40,993 bases of DNA. Origin: a bacterium. Lineage in GTDB: Bacteria > Cyanobacteriota > Vampirovibrionia > Gastranaerophilales > Gastranaerophilaceae. Shown one piece after another: positions 8,287 to 19,183 of this stretch. The DNA is taken from NCBI GenBank assembly GCA_017505585.1, contig JAFVOZ010000030.1, positions 1 through 40,993 on the forward strand, in the 5' to 3' direction. A program made the translations under genes and the position numbers. The notes under the pieces are model-generated. The model saw only the letters and a program-made list of their open reading frames with translations, was not told where the DNA came from and did not search any database. How positions within the stretch are numbered: position 1 is the stretch's first letter; every line of letters begins with the position of its first letter.

Positions 8287-8868
8287 TTAATTTTCCGCAT
8301 TAGTATTTTTTGCTTGATTTTGTTTGTATTCGGGGTCGTATTTTATAATTTCATTAATCAATTCCATCATTTTTTCTTCAATGGCACCTTTTTCGTTTGT
8401 TGCGGGGTCTTTTTCAATATATTCATTGTAAGAATTGATCGCCAAATTCAAATAATTTGTGATTTTTTGCTTATCTTCCGTGGATAATTCTTTCTTTTTG
8501 TCGTCATCATCTTTATCATCTTCGATAATAGAATTTGCCATTCCCTCTGCTGCAACACCTGTCACATAGTAAACTTCAGCATTTTCAGGCTTTAGTTCTT
8601 TTGCAATTTTTAATTGAGCAAGTGCTTTTTCAAATTCTTCTGCTCGAACGTAAGCAACTGCTAAATTATATCTTGTTTCAAAAACGCCGCCGTCTATATC
8701 GACATTTGATTCAAGTCTTGAAATCGCTTTTTCTACATCGCCTTTATTTAAATATTCTTGCGCCTTGTTGTTAAGTTCCTGTACTGCAAAACTGTTGAAG
8801 TTGTTAAGGCAAGCTGTGCACATAATGCTCATAAACAGAGCCACAAAAATCATTAATATTTTTTTCAT
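8287..8868 (-). CDS. TPR-repeat protein with N-terminal signal/lipoprotein-like peptide
   Basis: The N-terminus MKKILMIFVALFMSIMCTAC has a hydrophobic signal with Cys residues. TPR-like repeats follow (AQEYLNKGDVEKAISRLE..., YNLAVAYVRAEEFEKALAQLKIAKEL). The gene lies 3 nt upstream of lgt. Confidence 0.75.
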   Translation of the reverse strand: MKKILMIFVALFMSIMCTACLNNFNSFAVQELNNKAQEYLNKGDVEKAISRLESNVDIDGGVFETRYNLAVAYVRAEEFEKALAQLKIAKELKPENAEVYYVTGVAAEGMANSIIEDDKDDDDKKKELSTEDKQKITNYLNLAINSYNEYIEKDPATNEKGAIEEKMMELINEIIKYDPEYKQNQAKNTNAEN

Positions 8869-8939
8869 CTAATTACCCCGTCTAAAGATAACTTTTGCAT
8901 TTTACTATCTTTCACCCAAAAAAACAAGTTTATTATAGC

Positions 8940-11900
8940 TTAATTCAACCAATTAAATGCTTTAATATAATTATTTTTGTTAATATCTCCAAGAATTTTT
9001 GCGCTGAAAATTCTAAAATCTTCACTCGATATTTCGATTAACGGAATTTTATTGATATTTTTTATAATTTCATTTTTATCCGTTTCGAATTTTTTGTTTC
9101 CGCTTGCAAAGTTAATAACACTGTTTAGCGAAGCATTGCCGACAGGGCCAAGTAATGTTGATATTTTTTTGCTTAATCTTCCAAGAAGTTCAATGTTTGC
9201 AAAATTTTCTAAAATATTATAGCTTCCAACAATATATAAGCTCATATTCTCGCCCTGAGTGAATATTTCGAGTTTTTCAACTTCTCCGTTTTGAATGTTT
9301 AAATTGCCGTTGATTGCTTGGAATTCGCCTGTTTTATAAGGAATTAAAACATCTATTACGTTATTTAAAGTGAGTCCGAAAACTCCGCTTTTATATAAAT
9401 TTCCGGCTCTGATTAAATATTCAAGTGAGCCAAGTTTTGGCATTTTGCCGTCTTTTACCGTGAACCAAACGTTACTTGTAAGTGTTTTAATTCCTTCTGT
9501 TGTGTTTAATTTACTTGCATTGAGAGTTACTTCGCCATCTAATTTTCCGTATATCTGACCTGATATTCCAAGGAAGCTCTTTGTGAGTTCGTCTGCTTCG
9601 CAAGAATTGATTTTTGCATTAAGTGCAACGGAATTTGTATTAAAATCATATTTGCCAGTGGATTTTACTTCGCCACCCGCAATATCAAAAATTAAATCGC
9701 TAAATTTTAGTGGAGAATTTTCAAGCAAATTGAATTTTGCTTGCATATTTTTTGCATTTATATTGTAGAGTTGGATATTTTCAGCTTTAAAGGAACCGTC
9801 TTTAATAATTAAATCTTTAGGGTTTAGTCCTAATTGTTCGCCCGCGATAAGATATTGATGTTGTTTGATGGTGTTGAGTGTTGAAAATTCATTTATAATT
9901 TCTCCGATATCAATTGATTGGCTTTCGATATCCATTTTTCTTACAACAAGAGGAAGTGTTATTTTGTTTTCTGCAATTGTGTTAATAAGCACATCGGAGT
10001 TATAGGCTTGCCCCTTGAAGGTTGATACAATCGTGTCGTTTTCGAAATTAAATTTGGCATTATTTATTTTGGCGTTATAGAGCGGTATGTTGATGTTATC
10101 AAGAGTTGCATCGCCTGTAATTTTTATATTCTCGCCTGAGCCGTTTAATGTTACATCTGATGTGAATTGCCCTTGTTTTAGTATGGATTTCTTAAAGAGA
10201 ATATTGAAAATTCTTGTGCTTGTTGGGTTTAGAGTTTTAATTTTAAAATCATTCAAGAAAATTTTCTTATTTTTCGATTGAATATTTCCTGAAACTTTGA
10301 TCATAGGAAGTGCGCTAGGGCGGTTGTTTTGGGAGATGATATATTTCAAATATTCAATTTTATGAATATTTGCGTTATTTCCTTTGAAGTTTATAACTGT
10401 TTTTAATTCTCTTTTGTTTGTTTCATCACCCAAGTTTGCGCCCATATAGTAAATGTCATTATTTGGGTTAAGTGTTGATGTTGTGTATAGCATATAGTCA
10501 TCGGAGTAACCTTTTAAAATGCCTTTTCCCAGCACTTCGCCTTTGATTTTTATAGGATATACAAGGTTTTTGTTTATATATTTATCAACATTGTTTTCGT
10601 TCAAGCTGATTGCAAAACGGGAATCAAGATAAGGACGTGAACTTTTGATGTTTGAGATAATTGCGTTGAAATAAATTGGGATTTCGCCATAGTTGATATT
10701 TAAGGCATCAAGTATCAGCCTATCCTTTTTAAGTTTGATTTTTCCTGAATTCATAAGGATTTTTACTTGTTTGGCTTTGTCAAAACAAGAGATATCAGAT
10801 AGTTCAATATCGCTATTCAGTTCTGAATTATTAAAATTCACATCAGCTGAAAGTGCGCCTGTGAAATTTTCAAAATTTGATAAAAATTTTAATTTATTTT
10901 GCGGGAAGAATTTATTCAATTCTTCTTTTATCAAGCTGAGTGCAAAATCGTTAAATTTTAAATTACCTTTAAAGCTTGGTTTTGTAAACTTCGCTTTATT
11001 GGAGTTGAGTTCGGCATTGAAAAGTTTTTCTATTATGGAATTTAAAAATATATCTTGACCTTTAAATTCAAGATTTAGGTTATCAATTTTTATTTTGTTA
11101 TTTTTAATTATGATTTGACCGCTTTTTTGTTTGATATCTTGGTCTTTGGAATTTACAAATTCTGTTTTCCCCTCTAAACCAAGCTCTGAGAGTTTAATAT
11201 TTGAAAAATTGATATCAAATTTATGTTTGAATCTGATATTTGTGTTTGTTTTAAATTTAATTTGGTTTAGTGCTTCAAATTTTTGAATTATTTTCTCGTC
11301 AACATTTTCTTTGATAATTTCATAAATATCCCTGTTTGTGACATTATTTGCCGCTATATCCATAAAAACATTTGCTTCTATGTCGGCACTGCCGTTAATT
11401 TTAATCGGCGCAGATTTTAGTTTTGCATTAATTCCGTTGAATAAAATTTTATCTTTTTTAAATAAAATTGTGCCAGAGCCTGAATTCAAACCGGTGTTTG
11501 TATTTTTAAATTTTGCGCTTGCCTTATCAAATTTAAACCAGCCTTCAAGAATTCCTTTTGTTCTTGTGCCTTTAATATATAAATCGATTGCGCCGAATCC
11601 TTCGATATCAAGCAAAGGAACTGGACCTAAAGGAAATATGACAACATCTCGTACGGGAAGAAGAATTGTTTCTGCGGTTTTTAAATTAACATTTTTGGAT
11701 GAAGTGATTTTAAATTCGCCAGCTTGTTCTCCATATAATTCGGCAATGCCTTTAATTTCAACCCATTCGCCTTCGCCTGCAAATGCATGCACAAAAATAT
11801 CCGCCTTATCTTTTTTAAATTCAACAGAGCCTGTTGATGGTGGAATTTTTAGTGCGTTTTTTAAAACGATGATATTTTTAATATCTATTTTCCCGAAAAT

Positions 11901-13025
11901 ATCAGGTTTTAAAGAATCGCCAGAAATATTTATTTCGCCGTTTAAAGTTGCGTCTGCTCCGTATTTTTTAAGTTTTCTTATTGCATCAAGCTGAGCTTCA
12001 ACAAAATTTGGCGCAAGCCAAGTAATTTCATCGAGCGAAGTATTTTTGAATTTACAATTTATGTTTAGTTCAGGGTTTTTTGTTAGATAATTCCTAACTT
12101 TGCCGTTTAGCGCAATATCAATTTTTTCAGATTTTACCCTTGTGTTCAAAATATTTAAGGTGTCTTTGTCAAAACTTAAATTTGGCGCGATTTTAATGGC
12201 TTTGCCTTGTTTTACATTATAGTTTTCATCAGTTATTCTTAAGTTTGAAATCTCAATTTCGCCTTTAAGTTCATTTTCTTTTGAATAAATATTGATGTTT
12301 GCTTTCCCTTTGATATCTTTTGGAGCAACGCTCGATAGGGCAAAATAAGGTGTAAGTGCTTCTAAATCAATGTTGGGTGCTTTAAGTTTAATTGCGTAAT
12401 CCTTAAGACTTGCGTTTTTGAAAGAGTTTTTGCCTTTCAAATAAAATTCAAATGGCGTGAATTTGCCACCTGTTTTAATGTTCCCTTGAATGTTTGTTTC
12501 CAAGTTGTTTCTATCTGAGTTAAATGCGAAATTTTTTCCGATGAGCTGAAATTCTTTTTTTGTTTCGCCGTCTTTGCAAGAAATGTCATAATTTTTGAGG
12601 AAAAATTTGATATTTTTATGTTTCTTTAAGAAGTTTCCAAATTTTTCCAAGCTATACGAATCAAGATTTATATCCCCGTATTTCAAAAACGAGAGCTTAA
12701 AATTTTCGGCGTTAATGTCAAACCCTTTTTTTGGGATAAATATACCGTGTGAATATTTAAAATTAAAATTTTTGACTGTGAGGAGATTTTTCCCATAAGG
12801 TTCAGGATAATCCACAATTAAATTATCAAAAGTAATCGTTGTTGATGAATGATATTTTGGTTTTATTAAAAAATTTTCTAAGGTTATTTCGAGCCGTGTA
12901 TATTTTTTGAAATACGAAACGATATTTTCCGCAGTAATAAATCTTGGGATATTAACATAAATAAGAAAGTCGAGAAGTGCGATTACAACTGCACCTATGA
13001 GAAAAACTTTTAACCAAGATTTCAT
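8940..13025 (-). CDS. Giant AsmA/TamB-like outer-membrane biogenesis protein (1361 aa)
   Basis: Single N-terminal TM anchor (WLKVFLIGAVVIALLDFLIYV). This is followed by about 1300 aa of repetitive beta-strand-rich sequence (alternating hydrophobic/polar residues, rich in N/K/G). The C-terminal region resembles AsmA-family ends. Assignment is by architecture only. Confidence 0.7.
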   Translation of the reverse strand: MKSWLKVFLIGAVVIALLDFLIYVNIPRFITAENIVSYFKKYTRLEITLENFLIKPKYHSSTTITFDNLIVDYPEPYGKNLLTVKNFNFKYSHGIFIPKKGFDINAENFKLSFLKYGDINLDSYSLEKFGNFLKKHKNIKFFLKNYDISCKDGETKKEFQLIGKNFAFNSDRNNLETNIQGNIKTGGKFTPFEFYLKGKNSFKNASLKDYAIKLKAPNIDLEALTPYFALSSVAPKDIKGKANINIYSKENELKGEIEISNLRITDENYNVKQGKAIKIAPNLSFDKDTLNILNTRVKSEKIDIALNGKVRNYLTKNPELNINCKFKNTSLDEITWLAPNFVEAQLDAIRKLKKYGADATLNGEINISGDSLKPDIFGKIDIKNIIVLKNALKIPPSTGSVEFKKDKADIFVHAFAGEGEWVEIKGIAELYGEQAGEFKITSSKNVNLKTAETILLPVRDVVIFPLGPVPLLDIEGFGAIDLYIKGTRTKGILEGWFKFDKASAKFKNTNTGLNSGSGTILFKKDKILFNGINAKLKSAPIKINGSADIEANVFMDIAANNVTNRDIYEIIKENVDEKIIQKFEALNQIKFKTNTNIRFKHKFDINFSNIKLSELGLEGKTEFVNSKDQDIKQKSGQIIIKNNKIKIDNLNLEFKGQDIFLNSIIEKLFNAELNSNKAKFTKPSFKGNLKFNDFALSLIKEELNKFFPQNKLKFLSNFENFTGALSADVNFNNSELNSDIELSDISCFDKAKQVKILMNSGKIKLKKDRLILDALNINYGEIPIYFNAIISNIKSSRPYLDSRFAISLNENNVDKYINKNLVYPIKIKGEVLGKGILKGYSDDYMLYTTSTLNPNNDIYYMGANLGDETNKRELKTVINFKGNNANIHKIEYLKYIISQNNRPSALPMIKVSGNIQSKNKKIFLNDFKIKTLNPTSTRIFNILFKKSILKQGQFTSDVTLNGSGENIKITGDATLDNINIPLYNAKINNAKFNFENDTIVSTFKGQAYNSDVLINTIAENKITLPLVVRKMDIESQSIDIGEIINEFSTLNTIKQHQYLIAGEQLGLNPKDLIIKDGSFKAENIQLYNINAKNMQAKFNLLENSPLKFSDLIFDIAGGEVKSTGKYDFNTNSVALNAKINSCEADELTKSFLGISGQIYGKLDGEVTLNASKLNTTEGIKTLTSNVWFTVKDGKMPKLGSLEYLIRAGNLYKSGVFGLTLNNVIDVLIPYKTGEFQAINGNLNIQNGEVEKLEIFTQGENMSLYIVGSYNILENFANIELLGRLSKKISTLLGPVGNASLNSVINFASGNKKFETDKNEIIKNINKIPLIEISSEDFRIFSAKILGDINKNNYIKAFNWLN

Positions 13026-13066
13026 AGATTAATTATAAAACAATTGATGAAAATTACAATTTTTTA

Positions 13067-13094
13067 TTACAAAATCTGGAAAATATTGTATAAT
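13067..13094 (+). promoter_or_regulatory. Putative sigma-70 promoter: -35 TTACAA, 16-nt spacer, -10 TATAAT
   Basis: TTACAA lies at 13067..13072 and a perfect TATAAT at 13089..13094. The promoter sits inside the 5' extension of track ORF 13044..13631, which argues that the extension is not translated. Confidence 0.45.
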
Positions 13095-13121
13095 GCTTTT
13101 ATTAGTAAAGGAATGATAAAA

Positions 13122-13631
13122 ATGATTGAAATGAATGTAATGGGTATAGCACTCGACACAAGAACAGGAACGCCGATTGTTGTGCTCAATGATTTAGATA
13201 ACAGAAAAGCTCTTCCGATTTGGATTGGCTCTGCTGAAGCAAGTTCTATTATTAGAAAAATTGAAAATATACCAAGCACTCGCCCAATGACGCACGACTT
13301 GTTCGTTGATTTTGTTGACCAAATGAATGGCGAGCTTAAATATGTTGAAATAACGGATGTGAATGAGCAAACATATTTTGCAACAATTGTGATTGAAAAT
13401 ATGAACGGCGAAGAAATTTATGTTGATTCAAGACCGTCTGATGCAATTTCTATTGCACTTCGAGCTAAAGCACCAATATATGTTTCAACTGAAGTTATGG
13501 CACGTGGCGCAATTTCGGTAAATTCAGAAAAAGATAAACAAGAGGAAGAAGAATTTAAAAACTTTATTCAAGAAGTTAAGCCTTCTGACTTTGAAAAATT
13601 AATAAACAAAAACTTTGAAAGTGACACATAA
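13122..13631 (+). CDS. Bifunctional nuclease family protein (DUF151/BFN)
   Basis: MIEMNVMGIALDTRTGTPIVVLNDLDNRKALPIWIGSAEASSI...TRPMTHDL...DSRPSDAISIALRAKAPIYV matches the DUF151 pattern. The ATG at 13122 has AGGA 9 nt upstream. Confidence 0.8.
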   Translation: MIEMNVMGIALDTRTGTPIVVLNDLDNRKALPIWIGSAEASSIIRKIENIPSTRPMTHDLFVDFVDQMNGELKYVEITDVNEQTYFATIVIENMNGEEIYVDSRPSDAISIALRAKAPIYVSTEVMARGAISVNSEKDKQEEEEFKNFIQEVKPSDFEKLINKNFESDT

Positions 13632-13634
13632 AAT

Positions 13635-14888
13635 ATGGCAGTAAAAATCAGAATTAAAGAAGACCCAAGGGAGATAATTAAAAAATCTGAAGAAGAGGTT
13701 CAATCCCGTTTTGCGGAAATAGATAAAATTAAGGAATATAACCAAGAAAAAGTTCTTCAAGCTTTTATGGATAATAAAATCGGAGAAGAGCATTTCTATA
13801 CGGTAACAGGTTACGGGCACGATGATATGGGGCGCGAAGCACTTGATAAAGTTTTTGCCCAAGCATTTAAAGCTGAAAAAGCAATTGTTCGTCCGTATTT
13901 TGTGTCTGGAACACATACTATTGCTTGTGTTTTGTTTGGTCTTCTTCGAATGGGCGATATTTTAATGTCTGCAACAGGAACTCCTTATGACACATTAGAA
14001 GAACTAATCGGCCATAAAGCAAAAACGCCTGAGAGCCTCTGGGGGCACGGAGTTGATTATCTTGAAATTCCGTTAATTGGTGGCAAACTTGTTGACTATG
14101 GTGAAATTATAAGAAAAATGAACGACGATATAAAAGTTGTTGAAATTCAAAGGTCAAGAGGATACAACCTTCGTCCTTCTGTTTCAATTGATGAAATAGG
14201 AAGAATAGTGGACGTTGTGAAAAAACAAAATCCTCGCGCAATTTGCTTTGTGGACAATTGTTATGGCGAATTTGTTGAAGATAGAGAACCGCTTGAAGTT
14301 GGTGCAGATATTATCTGTGGCAGCTTAATTAAAAACCCGGGTGGGGGAATAGTGGAAGCAGGTGGCTATATTGCAGGCCGCGCTGACTTAGTTGACTTAT
14401 GTGCTGCTCGCCTTACAGCGCCTGGGATATACGGTGAAGGTGGCGCAATGTTTAACCAAACACGCACTATGCTCCAAGGCTTCTTTATGGCACCATCAGT
14501 GGTTGCTGAAGCGCACAAAGGCGCAATTCTTGCAGCTAAAACTTTTGAAAATATAAACATTAAAACTTACCCTCGCTCAAAAGAAAAAAGAACGGATTTA
14601 ATTCAGGCAATAAAACTTGAAGACCCTGAAATGCAAAAAGCATTTTGCAGGGCACTTCAAAAATATTCGCCCGTTGATTCTCACTTAACCCCAATTCCAG
14701 ACGATGTTCCAGGGTATGAAAATAAGCTCATTATGGCTGGCGGAAGTTTTGTTGAGGGCTCAACTATGGAACTTTCTGCAGATGGGCCGATTCGTGAGCC
14801 TTATGCAGTTTATATGCAAGGCGGTTTAAATTATGCCCATGTGAAAATCGCGCTTCGCGGGGTTTTGGAAGAGTTGAAGAGTTTGTAG
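13635..14888 (+). CDS. Methionine gamma-lyase-family PLP protein (YnbB / aluminium-resistance-like)
   Basis: The 417-aa protein has an N-terminus (EIDKIKEYNQEKVLQAF...HF..VTGYGHDDMGREALDKVFA...A.VRPYFVSGTHTIA) characteristic of the YnbB-type Met_gamma_lyase family. Confidence 0.8.
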   Translation: MAVKIRIKEDPREIIKKSEEEVQSRFAEIDKIKEYNQEKVLQAFMDNKIGEEHFYTVTGYGHDDMGREALDKVFAQAFKAEKAIVRPYFVSGTHTIACVLFGLLRMGDILMSATGTPYDTLEELIGHKAKTPESLWGHGVDYLEIPLIGGKLVDYGEIIRKMNDDIKVVEIQRSRGYNLRPSVSIDEIGRIVDVVKKQNPRAICFVDNCYGEFVEDREPLEVGADIICGSLIKNPGGGIVEAGGYIAGRADLVDLCAARLTAPGIYGEGGAMFNQTRTMLQGFFMAPSVVAEAHKGAILAAKTFENINIKTYPRSKEKRTDLIQAIKLEDPEMQKAFCRALQKYSPVDSHLTPIPDDVPGYENKLIMAGGSFVEGSTMELSADGPIREPYAVYMQGGLNYAHVKIALRGVLEELKSL

Positions 14889-14895
14889 TGCGAAA

Positions 14896-16212
<1,317 letters not shown>

Positions 16213-16218
16213 TTAAAA

Positions 16219-16551
16219 TTAATCTTCGTCAACGTCAATGTCAAAGTCGTCCGAGGAATTAACTGCTTTTTTCTGTTCTTTTTCCAAAGCTTTTTCTTTT
16301 GCTTTTCTTAAGCGAATATTGGCAGAGTTCATAACAGCAAGCGAATTTAAGGAAGCGCGCAGCTCATGTGACCTGTCACGGTATCTTTCTTTTTGTTCGC
16401 GTTCATCTTCATTTTGTTCGTACAAAAAGTATTCCGTGCCTTGGTCTTGTTTATCATCACTCGTTTTAGCTGCTGTTCCTGATATATCGCCAGATTTAAA
16501 ATTAAAACTGCCGCCTATACCCAAAACACCGGCTGACCTGTTATCAACCAT
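16219..16551 (-). CDS. Hypothetical small charged protein with acidic C-terminus (110 aa)
   Basis: The ORF lies 15 nt upstream of eno on the same strand. It contains GIGGSFNFKSGDISG, then a highly charged helical region ending in DDFDIDVDED. No family recognised. Confidence 0.55.
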   Translation of the reverse strand: MVDNRSAGVLGIGGSFNFKSGDISGTAAKTSDDKQDQGTEYFLYEQNEDEREQKERYRDRSHELRASLNSLAVMNSANIRLRKAKEKALEKEQKKAVNSSDDFDIDVDED

Positions 16552-16648
16552 TTTACCTCGTCATTTACCTTCACAAAACGAATTAATTATATCATTTTGT
16601 TATTCGGAATGGAATAGTTGTACGTATAAAACATGAAAAAATATTTTT

Positions 16649-16679
16649 TTGCTATTTTATTTTGTTTTCATGTAATAAT
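16649..16679 (+). promoter_or_regulatory. Putative promoter: -35 TTGCTA and TG-extended AT-rich -10 (TGTAATAAT)
   Basis: TTGCTA lies at 16649..16654 and TGTAATAAT at 16671..16679. The element ends about 7 nt before the ATG at 16686. Confidence 0.3.
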
Positions 16680-16685
16680 CTTGGA

Positions 16686-18122
16686 ATGATAAACTTAAAA
16701 AGATTGTTTTTCAGAAGAAAGAAAAAATCAGATATAAAAACCCCGATATTGGATGCTCTGTACTCATACAAGAAAAATCCTATGACAGGTTTCCACATTC
16801 CTGGGCATAATCGTGGTGCTGCAGTTTTGCCTAAGTTTATCGACCTTGTTGGGAAAGATGTTTTTGCGCTTGATACAACGGATGAATTTGATAATTTAGG
16901 CACGCTTCACCCTGCAACAGGTGCAATTAAACGTGCACAAAAGTTTGCGCAAGATGCTTTTAATTCCCAAAGAACTTTCTTTTTAACAGGCGGTTCAACA
17001 ATCGGAAACTTGGCAATAGCTCTTGGTGCAACAAAACCAAACAGTCAAATTTTGATAGGAAGAAATTGCCATAGATCCGTGCTTTGCGGAATGGTAATTA
17101 CGGGCGCAGAACCTAATTGGCTAATTCCTAAAAAGCTTGATGATTGGGCAATTTTTGGTGCGGTCAGTGCAAGTTCCGTTGAGAAAAAATTAAAAGAAAA
17201 TAAAAATATTGCTCTTGTTTGGATTACAAATCCGACTTATGAGGGCGTAATTTCAGATATTAAAGCAATTTCTAAGGTTTGCAAAAAGTATAATGTTCCG
17301 CTTGTGGTGGATGAAGCGCACGGTTCACTTTGGAATTTCAGTGACAGACTTCCGCAAACTGCACTTGAATTGGGCGCAGATGCAACTGTTAATTCGCTTC
17401 ATAAAACTGGCGGTTCAATGGTTCAAAGCTCAATGCTTCACATTGCGCATAATTCTTTGCTTGATCCTGATGAAGTTGAAAGAGCTTTAATGATGATTCA
17501 TTCAACAAGCCCTTCAATGTTATTTCTTGCAAGTTTGGATTCCGCCCGTGCTTATTTAAATTCAAAAAAAGGCTTAGAATTAATTGATAATGCAATAGAT
17601 AATGCTTTGTATTTTAGAGATAAAGCAAAAAATATTAAAAATGTGTCCGTGCTTTCAAGAAAAGACCAACTCAATTTTGACCCTACAAAAATATTCATTA
17701 AGGTTAAAGGGTTATCAGGAATTGAGCTTGAGAAAATTTTAGAAGATGAATTTAGGGTTGAAGTTGAATCAGCTTCAGATGAGGGAATTTTAATTCTTTC
17801 TAATATTGGCGGAAGAAAAAGCGAATTTGATTATCTTTTAGATTGTTTCAAAAAAATTGCTTCAAGAGAATATACAAAAACAACCGAAAATGTTGTGAAA
17901 TATACTCCACTTGTTGATCCTGAAATTATTATGACGCCAAGAATTGCATATTTTTGCGAAAAGGAAGTGGTTAAAAAAGAAGAAGCGATAGGGCGTATAT
18001 GCTCTGAAATTATTGCACTTTGCCCACCCGGGATTTCGGTTCTTCTTCCGGGGGAATTAATTCGAGAAGAGCACTTGCCATACCTTACAAATTTTGAAAA
18101 AATCGAAGTTGTGAAAAACTAG
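16686..18122 (+). CDS. PLP-dependent Orn/Lys/Arg decarboxylase (OKR_DC_1 family; arginine-decarboxylase-like)
   Basis: FHIPGHNRG, the PLP-lysine motif NSLHKTGGS, and a size and layout like the Bacillus-type SpeA family. The track start (TTG at 16662) lies inside the putative promoter, so the ATG at 16686 is preferred. Confidence 0.85.
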   Translation: MINLKRLFFRRKKKSDIKTPILDALYSYKKNPMTGFHIPGHNRGAAVLPKFIDLVGKDVFALDTTDEFDNLGTLHPATGAIKRAQKFAQDAFNSQRTFFLTGGSTIGNLAIALGATKPNSQILIGRNCHRSVLCGMVITGAEPNWLIPKKLDDWAIFGAVSASSVEKKLKENKNIALVWITNPTYEGVISDIKAISKVCKKYNVPLVVDEAHGSLWNFSDRLPQTALELGADATVNSLHKTGGSMVQSSMLHIAHNSLLDPDEVERALMMIHSTSPSMLFLASLDSARAYLNSKKGLELIDNAIDNALYFRDKAKNIKNVSVLSRKDQLNFDPTKIFIKVKGLSGIELEKILEDEFRVEVESASDEGILILSNIGGRKSEFDYLLDCFKKIASREYTKTTENVVKYTPLVDPEIIMTPRIAYFCEKEVVKKEEAIGRICSEIIALCPPGISVLLPGELIREEHLPYLTNFEKIEVVKN

Positions 18123-18129
18123 GATTAAT

Positions 18130-19074
18130 ATGGAAAATAATTTAGAAAATATAATTGAAATGTATAAAGAAAAAGAAGAAACACTTTCTCCTTATGCAAT
18201 GAAATTTGTAAATTCTAAGGGAAGAGAAAATTTTGAAGAAGAATGTGTGTATAGAACTCCTTTTATGCGGGATAGAGATAGAATTTTGCATTCTAAAGCA
18301 TTTAGAAGGCTAAAAAGAAAAACTCAAGTTTTCTTTAACCCGACAAATGACCACTTAATGACTCGTCTTACGCATACTCTTGAGGTTTCGCAAATTTCAA
18401 GAACAATTGCAAGAATTTTAAACTTGAATGAAGATTTAACTGAAGCAATAGCACTCGGGCACGATCTTGGGCACACTCCTTTTGGGCATTCTGGCGAAGA
18501 TGCGCTTAATCAGGTTGTAGCAGGCGGTTTTTCACATAATGTTCATAGTGTTCGCGTTGTAAAACACATTGAAAAATTGAATTTGTGCTATGAAACATTA
18601 GACGGCATATTAAACCATACGGGACCAAATAAACCTTGCACACTTGAGGGGCAAATAGTTAAAATTGCAGATAGAATTGCATATTTAAATCATGATATTG
18701 AAGATGCAATAAGAAAAAAAGTTATCAAAATTACTGATATTCCACGCGAATTTTTAGAATATTTTGGGGTTCGGAAAAATCAAAGAATAACCAAAGTTGT
18801 TCAAGATATTTATATTCATAGTGTTAACCAACCTGAAATATCAATGAGCAAAGGATGCGCTGAATATTTAAACAAACTTCGCGCTTGGATGTTTGAAAAT
18901 GTTTATTTTAACGAAAGAGCGAAGAAAAAAGAGCAAAATGTTAAAGATATAGTTATTGATTTATTCAACTATTACAAAGAAAAAGATTGCGAACAGCTTG
19001 CAATAGACTATGTTGCAGGAATGAGTGACCAATTTGCACTTAAAACATATAAAGAAATTAAGTGTAAACTGTAA
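18130..19074 (+). CDS. dGTP triphosphohydrolase-like HD-domain protein
   Basis: FMRDRDRILHSKAFRRLKRKTQVF, RLTHTLEVSQISR, GHDLGHTPFGHSGE and ADRIAYLNHDIEDA are present. Confidence 0.85.
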   Translation: MENNLENIIEMYKEKEETLSPYAMKFVNSKGRENFEEECVYRTPFMRDRDRILHSKAFRRLKRKTQVFFNPTNDHLMTRLTHTLEVSQISRTIARILNLNEDLTEAIALGHDLGHTPFGHSGEDALNQVVAGGFSHNVHSVRVVKHIEKLNLCYETLDGILNHTGPNKPCTLEGQIVKIADRIAYLNHDIEDAIRKKVIKITDIPREFLEYFGVRKNQRITKVVQDIYIHSVNQPEISMSKGCAEYLNKLRAWMFENVYFNERAKKKEQNVKDIVIDLFNYYKEKDCEQLAIDYVAGMSDQFALKTYKEIKCKL

Positions 19075-19099
19075 ACTTTTTTAAATTTTTTTGCAATTT

Positions 19100-19135
19100 A
19101 GGGTTTAAAAAAGTTTTCAAGGGTGTTAAAAAGTT
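19100..19135 (+). promoter_or_regulatory. Two imperfect 16-nt direct repeats with 20-nt phasing upstream of dnaG
   Basis: AGGGTTTAAAAAAGTT (19100..19115) and AGGGTGTTAAAAAGTT (19120..19135) match at 14 of 16 positions. The GGG blocks stand out in otherwise AT-rich spacer DNA. Confidence 0.3.
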
Positions 19136-19183
19136 AACAAGAAGAGAAGAAGTTGATTTAAAAGAAGCACGATTTAAGAATTA

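Noticed and set aside
9370-12798. Multiple plus-strand ORFs (for example 11338..11994, 218 aa, and 10693..11058) inside the 8940..13025 locus
   Set aside because: They are shadow ORFs antisense to the 1361-aa gene. They are rich in Ser/Phe/Leu/Ile as expected for the reverse complement of an N/K/E-rich coding strand, and they show no motifs.
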